NCBI GenBank assembly: GCA_016699405.1
Contig: CP064972.1
Location: 2,696,165 to 2,760,164, forward strand
Direction of reading: 5' to 3'
Length of the DNA stretch: 64,000 bases
Source: Holophagales bacterium
GTDB taxonomy: Bacteria > Acidobacteriota > Thermoanaerobaculia > Multivoradales > JAGPDF01
Below are positions 32,238 to 41,605 of the stretch, in pieces; the first letter of the stretch is position 1, and every line of letters begins with the position of its first letter. The translations under genes and the position numbers were made by a program. The notes beneath the pieces were generated by a model that ran no database searches, was not told the origin of the DNA, and saw only the letters and a program-made list of their open reading frames with translations.

Positions 32238-33519
32238 GAGGTGCCAGCGACTTGTCGTGAGGGAAGGTCGGGTGGTCGTTTCCGAGACCTCGAATGCGGC
32301 AGAGCAGACCAGATTTGGTTGGCTTCCGAGGTCCCATGTCGGGCAGACGGCCGCGGCAAGGGACGAGACCTCGCTCCAGCGCTCGACGATCGGTGGGTGG
32401 ACGACGGACTCTCGCTGTCTCGAGCTCGGCCTCGAGCGGTTTCGCGCGATTGTGGAGTGGAGCTATTTACTTGCCGACGGGCAGCGGGGGAGGAAAGGCT
32501 CGGTCCGGGAAGATCACGAGCCGGTCGCCCATTCGGAGTCGGTCGGCGGCGATTCGGTAGGCGCCGACAAAGGCGCGATAGGCGTCGACGAATGCGAGTC
32601 GAACGATCCGGTGTGCCGCGTGTATGAGGGGCGCTGGCGAGCGCTTCGTCGTCGAGGGTCGTTGGTGTGGGTGCTGCCGCTGAATGCGCTCAAGTCCGAG
32701 CGGGTCTCCTTGCTCGCGGCGTCGCTGGAGCCCTTCGGACTCGACCTGACAGACGAGCTCGTCGAGGCGAAGGCGATAGGCCGCGTCGGTCAGGTGGCCC
32801 CAACAGGGAAGCCGAGTGAGGACGATCGTCTCCGTACAACGACAAGCGGACCCATCGACCGGAGTCTGCCGCTGGCGAAGTCGGTACTCCTGCGTGCGGT
32901 CGACCCAGACGCCGGTCAAAGGGGAGCCCTCGACGAGGGCTGGCAGGGCATTCGGCCCGGGCCAGTCGCGGGGGTGATCCACGAGCCCTTCCTTCACGCC
33001 ATGACGCAGGAGGTAGAGCAGTCGAGCAACCTGGGCTTCCTGTTCTCCGGAAACCACGATCAGCTGGTACCGACGCGCCCAGAAGGGACCCTGCCAGGCA
33101 TGAAGTCGCCCGGCTTCCTTGGCGAGGTTGGCCTCGACGAACGCCATGAACAGCGCGAGCTGCTGAGGCGTGTCCGGGGAGAGCAGTAGATGGATGTGGT
33201 TGGAGAGAACGACGAAGTAGTGCACCGTCATGCGGTACCGCGCCTGGGCTCGCCCGAGGATCCCGAGCACCAGGTCGTTGAGTTGCGGCGAGGGGCGCAA
33301 CAGTAGCCTTCCCTGCACGGTTCGGCAGGTAACCTCGACCATCGAGCCCTCAGGAATGTAGCGAAGCCGGCGTCCCATCGACCCCAATGACGCAATTCCT
33401 GAGGCGAATCTGCCGCTTCTCCGCCTGAGCTCGACCACCAGCCCGGCGCCTCCAGGTGCCAGCGACATGTCGTGGGCTGTCACCAGGTGCCGGCGACTTG
33501 TTGTGGCGACTTGTTGTGG
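32238..33519 (-). mobile_element. IS200/IS605-superfamily-like element: large Y1 (HuH) transposase gene flanked by 21-24-bp direct repeats (aggtgccagcgacWtgtcgtg)
   Basis: Left copy at about 32238-32261 (gaggtgccagcgacttgtcgtgag). Right copy at about 33454-33477 (caggtgccagcgacatgtcgtggg), followed by degenerate partial copies caccaggtgccggcgacttgttgtgg and cgacttgttgtgg up to about 33519. Confidence 0.5.
32467..33378 (-). CDS. IS200-like / REP-associated-type tyrosine (Y1, HuH) transposase, large form
   Basis: RYIPEGSMVEVTCRTVQGRLLL resembles the conserved IS200-like N-terminus (PGAxYHVxxRG). The HuH motif is YFVVLSNHIHLLL. The start is taken at internal Met 36, though the ORF is open to 33483. 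Confidence 0.65.
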   Translation of the reverse strand: MGRRLRYIPEGSMVEVTCRTVQGRLLLRPSPQLNDLVLGILGRAQARYRMTVHYFVVLSNHIHLLLSPDTPQQLALFMAFVEANLAKEAGRLHAWQGPFWARRYQLIVVSGEQEAQVARLLYLLRHGVKEGLVDHPRDWPGPNALPALVEGSPLTGVWVDRTQEYRLRQRQTPVDGSACRCTETIVLTRLPCWGHLTDAAYRLRLDELVCQVESEGLQRRREQGDPLGLERIQRQHPHQRPSTTKRSPAPLIHAAHRIVRLAFVDAYRAFVGAYRIAADRLRMGDRLVIFPDRAFPPPLPVGK

Positions 33520-33658
33520 AGCGCCTTGTGGTGGCTCGGCAGGGACCTGCGTGGGCCGGCATCGGCGCGAGATCGCCGGGAGAATCCGGTGGGCTCGCCT
33601 CCTGGTTTGCAGCTAAGATACGGAGGTTCATCCCCTGCGACCGATCTCCGGAGGCCCC

Positions 33659-36367
33659 ATGCGCCCTGTCTGCTCTGCGGTTCTCGCCCTCGCCCTGGCT
33701 GCCGCGCCCGTTGCGGCGTTGGCCAAGATCTCGCCTGCGCTCGAGCGGGTCTTCGCGGACGCCCCCGGCGGCCGCGCCGAGATGCTGGTGGTGATGACCG
33801 AGCAGGCCGACCTTTCGGCGGCGCACGAGCTGTCGAGCAAGCTTGCGAAGGGGCGCTACGTCTACGAGAAGCTCACGGCGACCGCCAAACGCGCCCAGGC
33901 GCCGCTGCTCGCCGAGCTCGAGCGTCGCGGCATCGTCCACCGTTCGTTCTGGGCGGCGAATTTCCTCTGGGTCGAGGGCGACCTCGCGCTGGCGCAGGAG
34001 CTCGCCGCGCGTCCCGACGTGGCGCGCCTCGATACCAATCCGAAGCTGGTGATGGAGCAGCCGGTCGTCGACCTCGCCGAGCAGAACCGCAGCGACGCTC
34101 CGCTCGCGGTCGAATGGAACATCACCAAGGTGAACGCACCCTCGGTCTGGGCCTTGGGCTACACCGGGCAGGGCGCGGTCATCGGCGGACAGGACACCGG
34201 CTACCAGTGGGATCATCCGGCGCTCAAGAGCAAGTACCGCGGCTGGAACGGTGCGAGCGCGGATCACAACTACAACTGGCACGATGCGGTCCATTCCGGC
34301 GGTGGCACCTGCGGCCCAGACTCGGTCGTCCCGTGCGACGACGACCAGCACGGAACTCACACGATGGGCACGATGGTCGGCGACGACGGTGGATCCAACC
34401 AGATCGGCATGGCTCCCGGGGCGCGCTGGATCGGGTGCCGCAACATGAACGTCGGCGTCGGCACCCCGACGAGCTACATCGAGTGCTTCCAGTGGTTCAT
34501 CGCGCCGACGAATCTCGCTGGCCAGAACCCCGACCCCGCCAAGTCCCCCGACGTGATCAACAACTCCTGGGGCTGCCCGACCTCGGAGGGGTGCAGCGCC
34601 GCGAACTTCGGTGTCATGCAGACGGTGGTGGAGAACGTCCGGGCGGCGGGCATTTTCGTGGCGGTCTCGGCCGGCAACGACGGGTCGGCCTGCTCGACAG
34701 TCAACACGCCGGCAGCGATCTATGACGCCGCGTTCTCGGTCGGCTCGACGACCTCGACCGACGCGGTCTCGAGCTTCTCGAGCCGCGGTCCGGTGACGGT
34801 GGACGGCTCGAACCGCATGAAGCCCGACATCGCCGCCCCCGGCTCGAACATCCGCTCGAGCATTCCCGGCAGCTCCTATGCCGGCGGCTGGAGCGGCACC
34901 TCGATGGCCGGACCGCACGTGGCCGGGCTCGTGGGACTGATGGTCTCGGCGGTTCCGGCGGCAGCCGGCGACGTCACCCGCCTCGAAGACCTCATCCGTC
35001 AGTCCGCGGTGCACCCGACCTTCGGCGGGGAGTGCAGCGTCGCGGCAGGGATCTTTCCGAACAACACCTTCGGGGCTGGCCGCATCGACGCACTCGCGGC
35101 GGTGAACCTGCTGCTCTCGCAGGCTGACTTCCAAGTGAACGCGACGCCGGCGAGCCGGACGGTCTGCGCGCCGGCCAGCGCCACGTTCGACATCGCCGTC
35201 GGGCAGTTGGGGAGCTTCGCCGAGCCGGTGACGCTCGCGGCCTCCGGAAATCCGGTCGGCTCGACGGTGGGCTTCGCCGCGAATCCGGTGAGTCCGGGCG
35301 GTGGCACGACGATGAACGTGACCACCGTGGGCGTGGCCGCCGGCAGCTCGACGATCACCGTCTCCGGTACGGCGAGCCCGAGTGGCACCTTGCGTTCCGA
35401 CACGGTCGATCTCGCCGTCTTCACCGGCTCGGCCGCAGCGCCGGCGCTCACCGCGCCGGCGAACGGGGCGATCAACGTCGCACCGCGCCCCGCCTTCTCC
35501 TGGGGCGCTGCTGCCGGGGCGGCCGACTACCTGCTCGAGGTCGACGACAGTGCCGGGTTCGGCAGCCCCGTCTACACCGCGACGGTCGCCGGGACCAGCC
35601 ACACGCCGACCGTCGACCTGCCGTCGAACACCCATCTCTACTGGCGGGTGACCGCCAACAACCCGTGCGGCTCGGCGGTCTCGCCGGCCTTCTCGTTCAC
35701 CACCCAGGCGCTTCCTGGGGATTGCGCCACCGGATCGGTACCCCATCTCGTCTACGACTTCGGGTTCGAGACCGGTCTCGGCGGTTGGGCTTCGAGCGGC
35801 ACCGGCAACACCTGGGCGATCACGACGAGCGCCGCCTACGTCCATGCCGGGACGCAGGCGATGCACGCCACCGACCCGACCGCCGTCGCCGACCAGCGGC
35901 TGGTTTCGCCGGCGCTTGCGCTGCCGGCCGGCGAGAACCCGGTGGTGCTCGTCTACTGGAACTCGCAGTCGTTCGAGAAGTCGACCAGTGGGTGCTACGA
36001 CGGCGGGATTCTCGAGATCTCGACCGACGGTGGCACGTCCTGGATCCAGCTGACGAACGCGACGCTGCTCACCGATCCCTACGACGGCACGGTCTCGACC
36101 TCCTTCTCCAACCCGATCGGGGGAGCCTCGGCCTGGTGCGGCGATCCGCAGGCGTGGACGCGCTCGGTCGTCGACGTGAGCGCCTACGCCGGCCAGACGG
36201 TGCAGTTCCGTTTCCGGATCGGCTCGGACACCTCCTCCGGACGCACCGACGGCTGGAACCTCGACGAGATCAAGGTGCAGAGCTGTGCCCTCGGTGCGGT
36301 CTTCGCCGGCGATTTCGAGAGCGGTTCGATGGCGCAGTGGAGCGCAACCTACCCGGCCGTTCCCTGA
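33659..36367 (+). CDS. Secreted subtilisin-family (S8) serine protease with C-terminal beta-sandwich domains
   Basis: Signal peptide MRPVCSAVLALALAAAPVAALA. Asp/His/Ser triad contexts: VIGGQDTGYQWDHPAL, HGTHTMGTMVG, GTSMAGPHVAG. Inhibitor_I9-like propeptide. C-terminal FN3/MAM-like domains ending in GDFESGSMAQWSATYPAVP. Confidence 0.88.
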   Translation: MRPVCSAVLALALAAAPVAALAKISPALERVFADAPGGRAEMLVVMTEQADLSAAHELSSKLAKGRYVYEKLTATAKRAQAPLLAELERRGIVHRSFWAANFLWVEGDLALAQELAARPDVARLDTNPKLVMEQPVVDLAEQNRSDAPLAVEWNITKVNAPSVWALGYTGQGAVIGGQDTGYQWDHPALKSKYRGWNGASADHNYNWHDAVHSGGGTCGPDSVVPCDDDQHGTHTMGTMVGDDGGSNQIGMAPGARWIGCRNMNVGVGTPTSYIECFQWFIAPTNLAGQNPDPAKSPDVINNSWGCPTSEGCSAANFGVMQTVVENVRAAGIFVAVSAGNDGSACSTVNTPAAIYDAAFSVGSTTSTDAVSSFSSRGPVTVDGSNRMKPDIAAPGSNIRSSIPGSSYAGGWSGTSMAGPHVAGLVGLMVSAVPAAAGDVTRLEDLIRQSAVHPTFGGECSVAAGIFPNNTFGAGRIDALAAVNLLLSQADFQVNATPASRTVCAPASATFDIAVGQLGSFAEPVTLAASGNPVGSTVGFAANPVSPGGGTTMNVTTVGVAAGSSTITVSGTASPSGTLRSDTVDLAVFTGSAAAPALTAPANGAINVAPRPAFSWGAAAGAADYLLEVDDSAGFGSPVYTATVAGTSHTPTVDLPSNTHLYWRVTANNPCGSAVSPAFSFTTQALPGDCATGSVPHLVYDFGFETGLGGWASSGTGNTWAITTSAAYVHAGTQAMHATDPTAVADQRLVSPALALPAGENPVVLVYWNSQSFEKSTSGCYDGGILEISTDGGTSWIQLTNATLLTDPYDGTVSTSFSNPIGGASAWCGDPQAWTRSVVDVSAYAGQTVQFRFRIGSDTSSGRTDGWNLDEIKVQSCALGAVFAGDFESGSMAQWSATYPAVP

Positions 36368-36419
36368 AGTCTTCGCCCGAGAGCGTCACCCCTCAGCGGA
36401 TTTGACCGGGAGATCGGCC

Positions 36420-38489
36420 ATGGAAGAGAAGCGTTCGGAGCCGTTCGTCAGCGCCGCGACCGAGATGCGCGAAGCCACGCCGCGTGCGCTGCTACTCGGC
36501 GTCGCGATGGCCGTCTTCATGGCCGCCGCCAATGCCTATCTCGGTCTGAAGGCCGGCATGACGATCGCCGCGACCTACACCACGGCGGTGATCGGCATGG
36601 CGGTGATCAAGGCGCTCGGCGGGACGATTCTCGAGGAGAACTGCGCGCGCACCGTCGGTTCGATCGGCGGCAACGTCGCGGCGGGAGCGATCTTCACCCT
36701 GCCGGCGTTCTTCATCGCCGGGATCTGGCCGACCTTTTTCACCCCGGCCCACTACGTGGTCTCGACGATCATCCTGGTCGCCGGCGGCCTGCTCGGCATC
36801 ATGTTCGTGACGATCACGCGCCGCGTGCTGGTGAACAACGCCGAGCTGCCCTTCCCGGAGGCGGTGGCGGCCTCGGAGATCCACAAGGCGGGGCAACGAG
36901 GGCAGGGCGGGTCGCGCCACCTTCTCGCCGGGATGGGGATGGGCGCGTTCTTCGCCCTGCTCGCCGAGCTCAAGGTGCTCGCGGCGAAGTGGCAGACCAG
37001 CCTCACGGTCGGCAGGGGGGCGCTCGTGGTGCGCGGGCCGGAGGCGAGCCCGGCGTTTCTCGGCGTGGGTTACATCATCGGGCCGCGCCTCGCCGGGATC
37101 AACTTCAGCGGCGGCGTGCTTGCCTGGGGTCTGCTCGCCCCGGCGATCGCCTTCTTCATGCACTGGCACGACGCGACGCCGGTGGCCAACTGGGCCACCG
37201 AGATCGCGCTCGTCTGGCGCAACACCGTGCGCCTGATCGCCATCGGCGGGATGCTGGTCGGAGCCTTCTACACGCTCTACAAGATGCGAGCGAGCCTCGT
37301 CGAGGGGATCGCTCGCTCGGTCGGCAATCTCACGCGACGTCGCGGCGCGGGCGAGCCGCAGGCGATCCGCACAGATCGCGACATCCCGATCCAGTGGGCG
37401 CTCGTCGGCATCGCCGCGGTGCTTGCGGTGATGGTCTTCGTCTTCCAGTGGTTCGCCGGCAGCCTCCTCGCCGCGACGGTCGCCGCGGCGGTGATGCTGG
37501 TGCTCGGGTTCATCTTCGCCGCCGTCTCCGGCTACCTCGTCGGCATCATCGGCGTGTCGTCGAATCCGACGAGCGGGCTCACCGTCACGGTGCTGATCGC
37601 CGTCGCTTTCCTGATGGTCGTGCTCGGCCTCGAGGGGGCGACGGGGATCGCCGCGGTGCTCGGCGTGGCCGCCTTCACTTGTGTCTCGGTGTCGGTGGCA
37701 GGCGAGATGATGCAGGACCTGAAGGCCGGCCATCTGCTCGGGTGCACCCCCTGGCGGATGCAGGTCGGCGACATCCTCGGCGTCACCGCCGCCTCGCTCG
37801 CCATGTTCCTCGTGCTCTCCGTGCTCCACCTCGGCGACATCAAGAGCGCCGTCGCGCAGAAGCTCGGCGAGCTCGAGAGCGCCGGCGCGGCGAGCGTCGA
37901 GTACGCCGGCGAGAGCTCGGCGCTCGCCCACCGGGCCTACAGCCTCACCGAGGTGCGAGCCCTCGCCCCGGAGTTGCAGAACGAGCTGCTGGCCACCAAC
38001 GCCGGCTTCGGCGGTGCGCGGATCGCCGCGCCGCAGGCCAGCCTGATGGCCGTCGTCTCGCGCAGCATCATGGAGCGCAAGACCGAGTGGATCCTCATCC
38101 TGGTCGGCGTCTTCATGGGGCTCGCGTTCATCTTGATGCAGGTCAAGAGCCCGATGCTGGTGGCGGTGGGAATGTATCTGCCGATCGAGACCTCGTTCGC
38201 CATCTTCGTCGGCGGTCTGTTCAAGGGGATGCTCGACCGGGCAGCGGAGCGCGAGAAGTGGGAGAAGGAGCCGAAGGAGCGCGCCGAGAACGCCGGCACG
38301 CTCCTCGCCTCGGGGCTGATCGCCGGCGAGGCGATCATCGGCATCCTCTTCGCGGCGCTGAAGTTCGCCGAAGTCCGACTGCCCGAGCTGCTGGAGCACC
38401 CGTCCTACCTGACGAGTCTCGTCGGCGTGGCGATCCTGGGGACGATCCTGATCGTCGTGCCGCGCCGGCAGGCGCGCGCCGAGCGATGA
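36420..38489 (+). CDS. OPT-family oligopeptide transporter
   Basis: About 690 aa with 14-16 TM segments. The N-terminus LLLGVAMAVFMAAANAYLGLKAGMTIAATYTTAVIGMAV is typical of the bacterial OPT superfamily. Confidence 0.8.
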   Translation: MEEKRSEPFVSAATEMREATPRALLLGVAMAVFMAAANAYLGLKAGMTIAATYTTAVIGMAVIKALGGTILEENCARTVGSIGGNVAAGAIFTLPAFFIAGIWPTFFTPAHYVVSTIILVAGGLLGIMFVTITRRVLVNNAELPFPEAVAASEIHKAGQRGQGGSRHLLAGMGMGAFFALLAELKVLAAKWQTSLTVGRGALVVRGPEASPAFLGVGYIIGPRLAGINFSGGVLAWGLLAPAIAFFMHWHDATPVANWATEIALVWRNTVRLIAIGGMLVGAFYTLYKMRASLVEGIARSVGNLTRRRGAGEPQAIRTDRDIPIQWALVGIAAVLAVMVFVFQWFAGSLLAATVAAAVMLVLGFIFAAVSGYLVGIIGVSSNPTSGLTVTVLIAVAFLMVVLGLEGATGIAAVLGVAAFTCVSVSVAGEMMQDLKAGHLLGCTPWRMQVGDILGVTAASLAMFLVLSVLHLGDIKSAVAQKLGELESAGAASVEYAGESSALAHRAYSLTEVRALAPELQNELLATNAGFGGARIAAPQASLMAVVSRSIMERKTEWILILVGVFMGLAFILMQVKSPMLVAVGMYLPIETSFAIFVGGLFKGMLDRAAEREKWEKEPKERAENAGTLLASGLIAGEAIIGILFAALKFAEVRLPELLEHPSYLTSLVGVAILGTILIVVPRRQARAER

Positions 38490-38644
38490 CCGCGCAAGCG
38501 GCACCCGAGCGCGCCGGGCGCTCTCGGTCCCCGGACGAAACCCGAGCGAGTGAGCCGACGTAAGGTCGGGAAAGGCCCGACGTGTCGTCGCAGGTCTTGC
38601 TGCGGTCGCTGGACGCCGGAAGGCGATCCGGCAAGGAGGGTGCG

Positions 38645-40030
38645 ATGAGGTTGCGATCCGGAGGGCGGAGTTGGGCCCTGGCACTGCTGTTGTCGGTCGC
38701 TTCGGCCGCCGGGGTCTGGAGTCTCGAGGAAGCACCACGGAACCCGACCTCGCCTGGGGGTGCCGGCGCGCCTGCGGCGGCGACGCCTGGAGCCAGCTCC
38801 ACCGCGTTCGATCCCCAGAAGGCGACCGAGGCCTACCTCGCGCGGATGCCCGCCGCGGAGCGCGCCAAGTCCGACGCCTATTTCGAGGGCGGCTACTGGC
38901 TGCAGCTCTGGGGCTTCCTCTACGGCCTGGCGGTGGCTTGGCTCCTCCTCGGGACGGGGCTCTCGGCGCGACTGCGCGATCTGGCGAACCGGATCACCCG
39001 GAGAAGGTCGCTCGCCGCCTCGCTCTACTTCGCCATGTACCTGCCGTTGGTCTCGCTGCTCTCCTTCCCGTTGACGGTCTACTCGGACTACTTCCGCGAG
39101 CATCGGTACGGCCTCGCGACCCAGAGCTTCGGTCTCTGGCTCGGCGACCAGGCCAAGGAGCTGCTCATCGGCCTGCTGCTGGGCGCTGCGTTCGTGCCGC
39201 TGCTCTACGCCGTGCTCCGCCGCAAGCCGCGCACCTGGGCGCTGTGGGGGGCTCTCCTCGGACTCGGCTTCCTCGTCTTCGGGGCGGTGATCGGGCCGGT
39301 CTTCATCAATCCGCTGTTCAACGAGTACAAGAAGCTCGAGGATCCGAAGGTGCTCGCGCCGATTCTCGCGCTCGCCCGGGCGAACGGCATTCCCGCCCAC
39401 GACGTCTGGGAGATGGACGCCTCGCGGCAGACGACGCGGATCTCGGCCAACGTCAGCGGTCTTCTCGGTACGGAGCGCATCACCCTCAACGACAACCTGC
39501 TCAAGCGCTGCAGCCTGCCCGAGATCGAGTCGGTGATGGCGCACGAGATGGGGCACTATGTTCTCAACCACGTCTACGAGAGCGTCCTCGAGCTCGGCCT
39601 GCTGATCGTCGCCGCCTTCGCCTTCGTGCGCTGGGGCATGGAGAAGGCTTTGGCCCGGTGGGGGGCGGCCTGGCGGCTCGACGGGGTCTCCGACGTGGCG
39701 ACGTTGCCGCTGCTGGTCGCCATCTTCTCGGTCTTCTTCTTCGTTGCGACCCCGGTGACGAACACGATCATCCGCGTCAACGAGGTCGAGGCCGACATCT
39801 TCGGCCTCAACGCGGCCAGACAGCCGGACGGTTTCGCCGAGACGGCGCTCAAGCTCGGCGAGTACCGCAAGCTCGCGCCGTCGCCGCTCGAGGAGATCCT
39901 CTTCTTCGATCATCCGAGCGGCCGGAACCGGATTCTCATGGCGATGACCTGGAAGGCCGAGCACCTCGACGACCCGAAGGTCGCGACCGGCGGGGCTGCC
40001 GCAGGAGCGAATCCGGCGGCGACGCAGTAG
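38645..40030 (+). CDS. M48-family zinc metalloprotease (Ste24/HtpX-like)
   Basis: HEMGH zinc-binding motif, downstream NEVEADIFG (third ligand Glu), and multiple TM helices. Start at MRLRSGGRSW with an AAGGAGGG RBS. Confidence 0.8.
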   Translation: MRLRSGGRSWALALLLSVASAAGVWSLEEAPRNPTSPGGAGAPAAATPGASSTAFDPQKATEAYLARMPAAERAKSDAYFEGGYWLQLWGFLYGLAVAWLLLGTGLSARLRDLANRITRRRSLAASLYFAMYLPLVSLLSFPLTVYSDYFREHRYGLATQSFGLWLGDQAKELLIGLLLGAAFVPLLYAVLRRKPRTWALWGALLGLGFLVFGAVIGPVFINPLFNEYKKLEDPKVLAPILALARANGIPAHDVWEMDASRQTTRISANVSGLLGTERITLNDNLLKRCSLPEIESVMAHEMGHYVLNHVYESVLELGLLIVAAFAFVRWGMEKALARWGAAWRLDGVSDVATLPLLVAIFSVFFFVATPVTNTIIRVNEVEADIFGLNAARQPDGFAETALKLGEYRKLAPSPLEEILFFDHPSGRNRILMAMTWKAEHLDDPKVATGGAAAGANPAATQ

Positions 40031-40088
40031 TCTTCCCGGCACGCAAGGGGGAGAGACGGGTTCCTGTCCCCGCTCTCCCGGCACGGGA

Positions 40089-41516
40089 ATGACACTCTCG
40101 GTCTTCGACCTCTTCAAGATTGGCATCGGTCCGAGCAGCTCGCACACGCTCGGGCCGATGAACGCGGCGCGGCACTTCGCCGAAGGGCTGGCCCAGGGCG
40201 GGGCGCTCGATCGCACCGCCGGGCTGACCGTCGAGCTCTTCGGCTCGCTTGCCGCCACGGCGAGAGGCCACGCGACCGACAAGGCGGTCGTCCTCGGGCT
40301 GCTCGGCGAACGGCCGGAGCTCCTCGATCCCGACCAGGTCGATCCGCTCGTGGCGAGCGTGCGCCGTGACGGCCGGCTGCCGATTCTCGGTTGGCGAGCG
40401 GTTCCCTATGTCGAGGCCGAGCACTTGCGCCTCGAGCTTCGGCCGTTGCCGTTCCACCCGAATGCGGTGCGCTTCACGGCGCGCGACGCCGGCGGTGCGG
40501 TCGTCGGACAGCGGACCTTCTACTCGGTGGGCGGCGGCTTCGTCGTCGAAGAGGGCGAGTCGGTCGGATCGGGGCGCGGCGACGGGAAGGAGGTGCCGCA
40601 TCGTTTCCACTCGGCCGCCGAGCTCCTGGCGCTCTGTCGGGAGCTCGGGCTCTCGATCTCGGGGATCGTGCGGGCCAACGAGCTGGCGATGCGCCGCGCG
40701 ACCGATCTCGAGTCCGGACTGCAGCGGCTGTGGGAGACGATGCAGACCTGCGTCCGGCGCGGCTGTCGTGCCGACGGCGTGCTGCCGGGCGGACTCGAGG
40801 TGCGGCGCCGCGCTCCCGCCCTCTACCGGCAACTCGCCGAGAACCCGGAGTCGGGGCTCGCCGACCCGCTCACCGCCCTCGACTGGGTCGGGCTCTACGC
40901 GCTCGCGGTGAACGAAGAGAACGCCGCCGGCGGGCGGGTGGTGACCGCGCCGACCAACGGCGCCGCCGGAATCGTGCCGGCGGTGCTGCACTACTACCGA
41001 CGATTCGTCCACGGTGCGAGCGACGAGGGCGTGCGGCGCATGTTGCTCACCGCGACGGCGATCGGCACGCTCTTCAAGGAGAACGCCTCGATCAGCGGTG
41101 CGGAGGTCGGCTGCCAGGGGGAGGTCGGCAGTGCCTGTTCGATGGCGGCCGGCGCGCTCTGCGAGCTCCTCGGCGGGACGCCCGCGCAGGTGGCGGTGGC
41201 CGCCGAAATCGCCATGGAGCACAACCTCGGGCTGACCTGCGATCCGGTCGGCGGGCTGGTCCAGGTGCCGTGCATCGAGCGCAACGCCGTCGCGGCGGTG
41301 AAGGCGATCCAGGCGGCCCGCTTGGCGCTGCGCGGGGATGGCGAGTCCTTCGTCAGTCTCGACGACGTCATCCACACCCTGGCGGCAACCGGGCGGGACA
41401 TGCGGAGCAAGTACAAGGAGACGGCGCGCGGCGGTCTCGCGCTGCGCCTCCGCCCCATCGAGCCCGGCGCGGGGTCGCCCGAGCCCGAGGTCAGCGTCGG
41501 CTTGCCGGACTGCTGA
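40089..41516 (+). CDS. sdaA: L-serine ammonia-lyase (iron-sulfur dependent, single chain)
   Basis: [24 protein letters not shown] is the canonical SdaA N-terminus. The alpha-type domain has [19 protein letters not shown]. Confidence 0.9.
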   Translation: MTLSVFDLFKIGIGPSSSHTLGPMNAARHFAEGLAQGGALDRTAGLTVELFGSLAATARGHATDKAVVLGLLGERPELLDPDQVDPLVASVRRDGRLPILGWRAVPYVEAEHLRLELRPLPFHPNAVRFTARDAGGAVVGQRTFYSVGGGFVVEEGESVGSGRGDGKEVPHRFHSAAELLALCRELGLSISGIVRANELAMRRATDLESGLQRLWETMQTCVRRGCRADGVLPGGLEVRRRAPALYRQLAENPESGLADPLTALDWVGLYALAVNEENAAGGRVVTAPTNGAAGIVPAVLHYYRRFVHGASDEGVRRMLLTATAIGTLFKENASISGAEVGCQGEVGSACSMAAGALCELLGGTPAQVAVAAEIAMEHNLGLTCDPVGGLVQVPCIERNAVAAVKAIQAARLALRGDGESFVSLDDVIHTLAATGRDMRSKYKETARGGLALRLRPIEPGAGSPEPEVSVGLPDC

Positions 41517-41540
41517 CTCCCTTGACGCGGAGGGGCGGAA

Positions 41541-41566
41541 GGCGATCTGCTTCGAAGCAGATTCGC
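41541..41566 (+). terminator. Near-perfect palindrome downstream of sdaA (ggcgatctgcttcGAAgcagattcgcc); candidate terminator
   Basis: A 12-bp stem with one mismatch, followed by gactccgtttcgg. The T-tract is weak. Confidence 0.35.
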
Positions 41567-41605
41567 CGACTCCGTTTCGGGCCGGACTCTTCCTTCCAGG
41601 TCGCC

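Noticed and set aside
33350-38738. ORFs 33350..35866(-), 33472..34725(+), 36492..38738(-), 36989..38563(+)
   Set aside because: Shadow ORFs over the S8 protease and OPT transporter genes, with Arg/Gly-rich nonsense translations.
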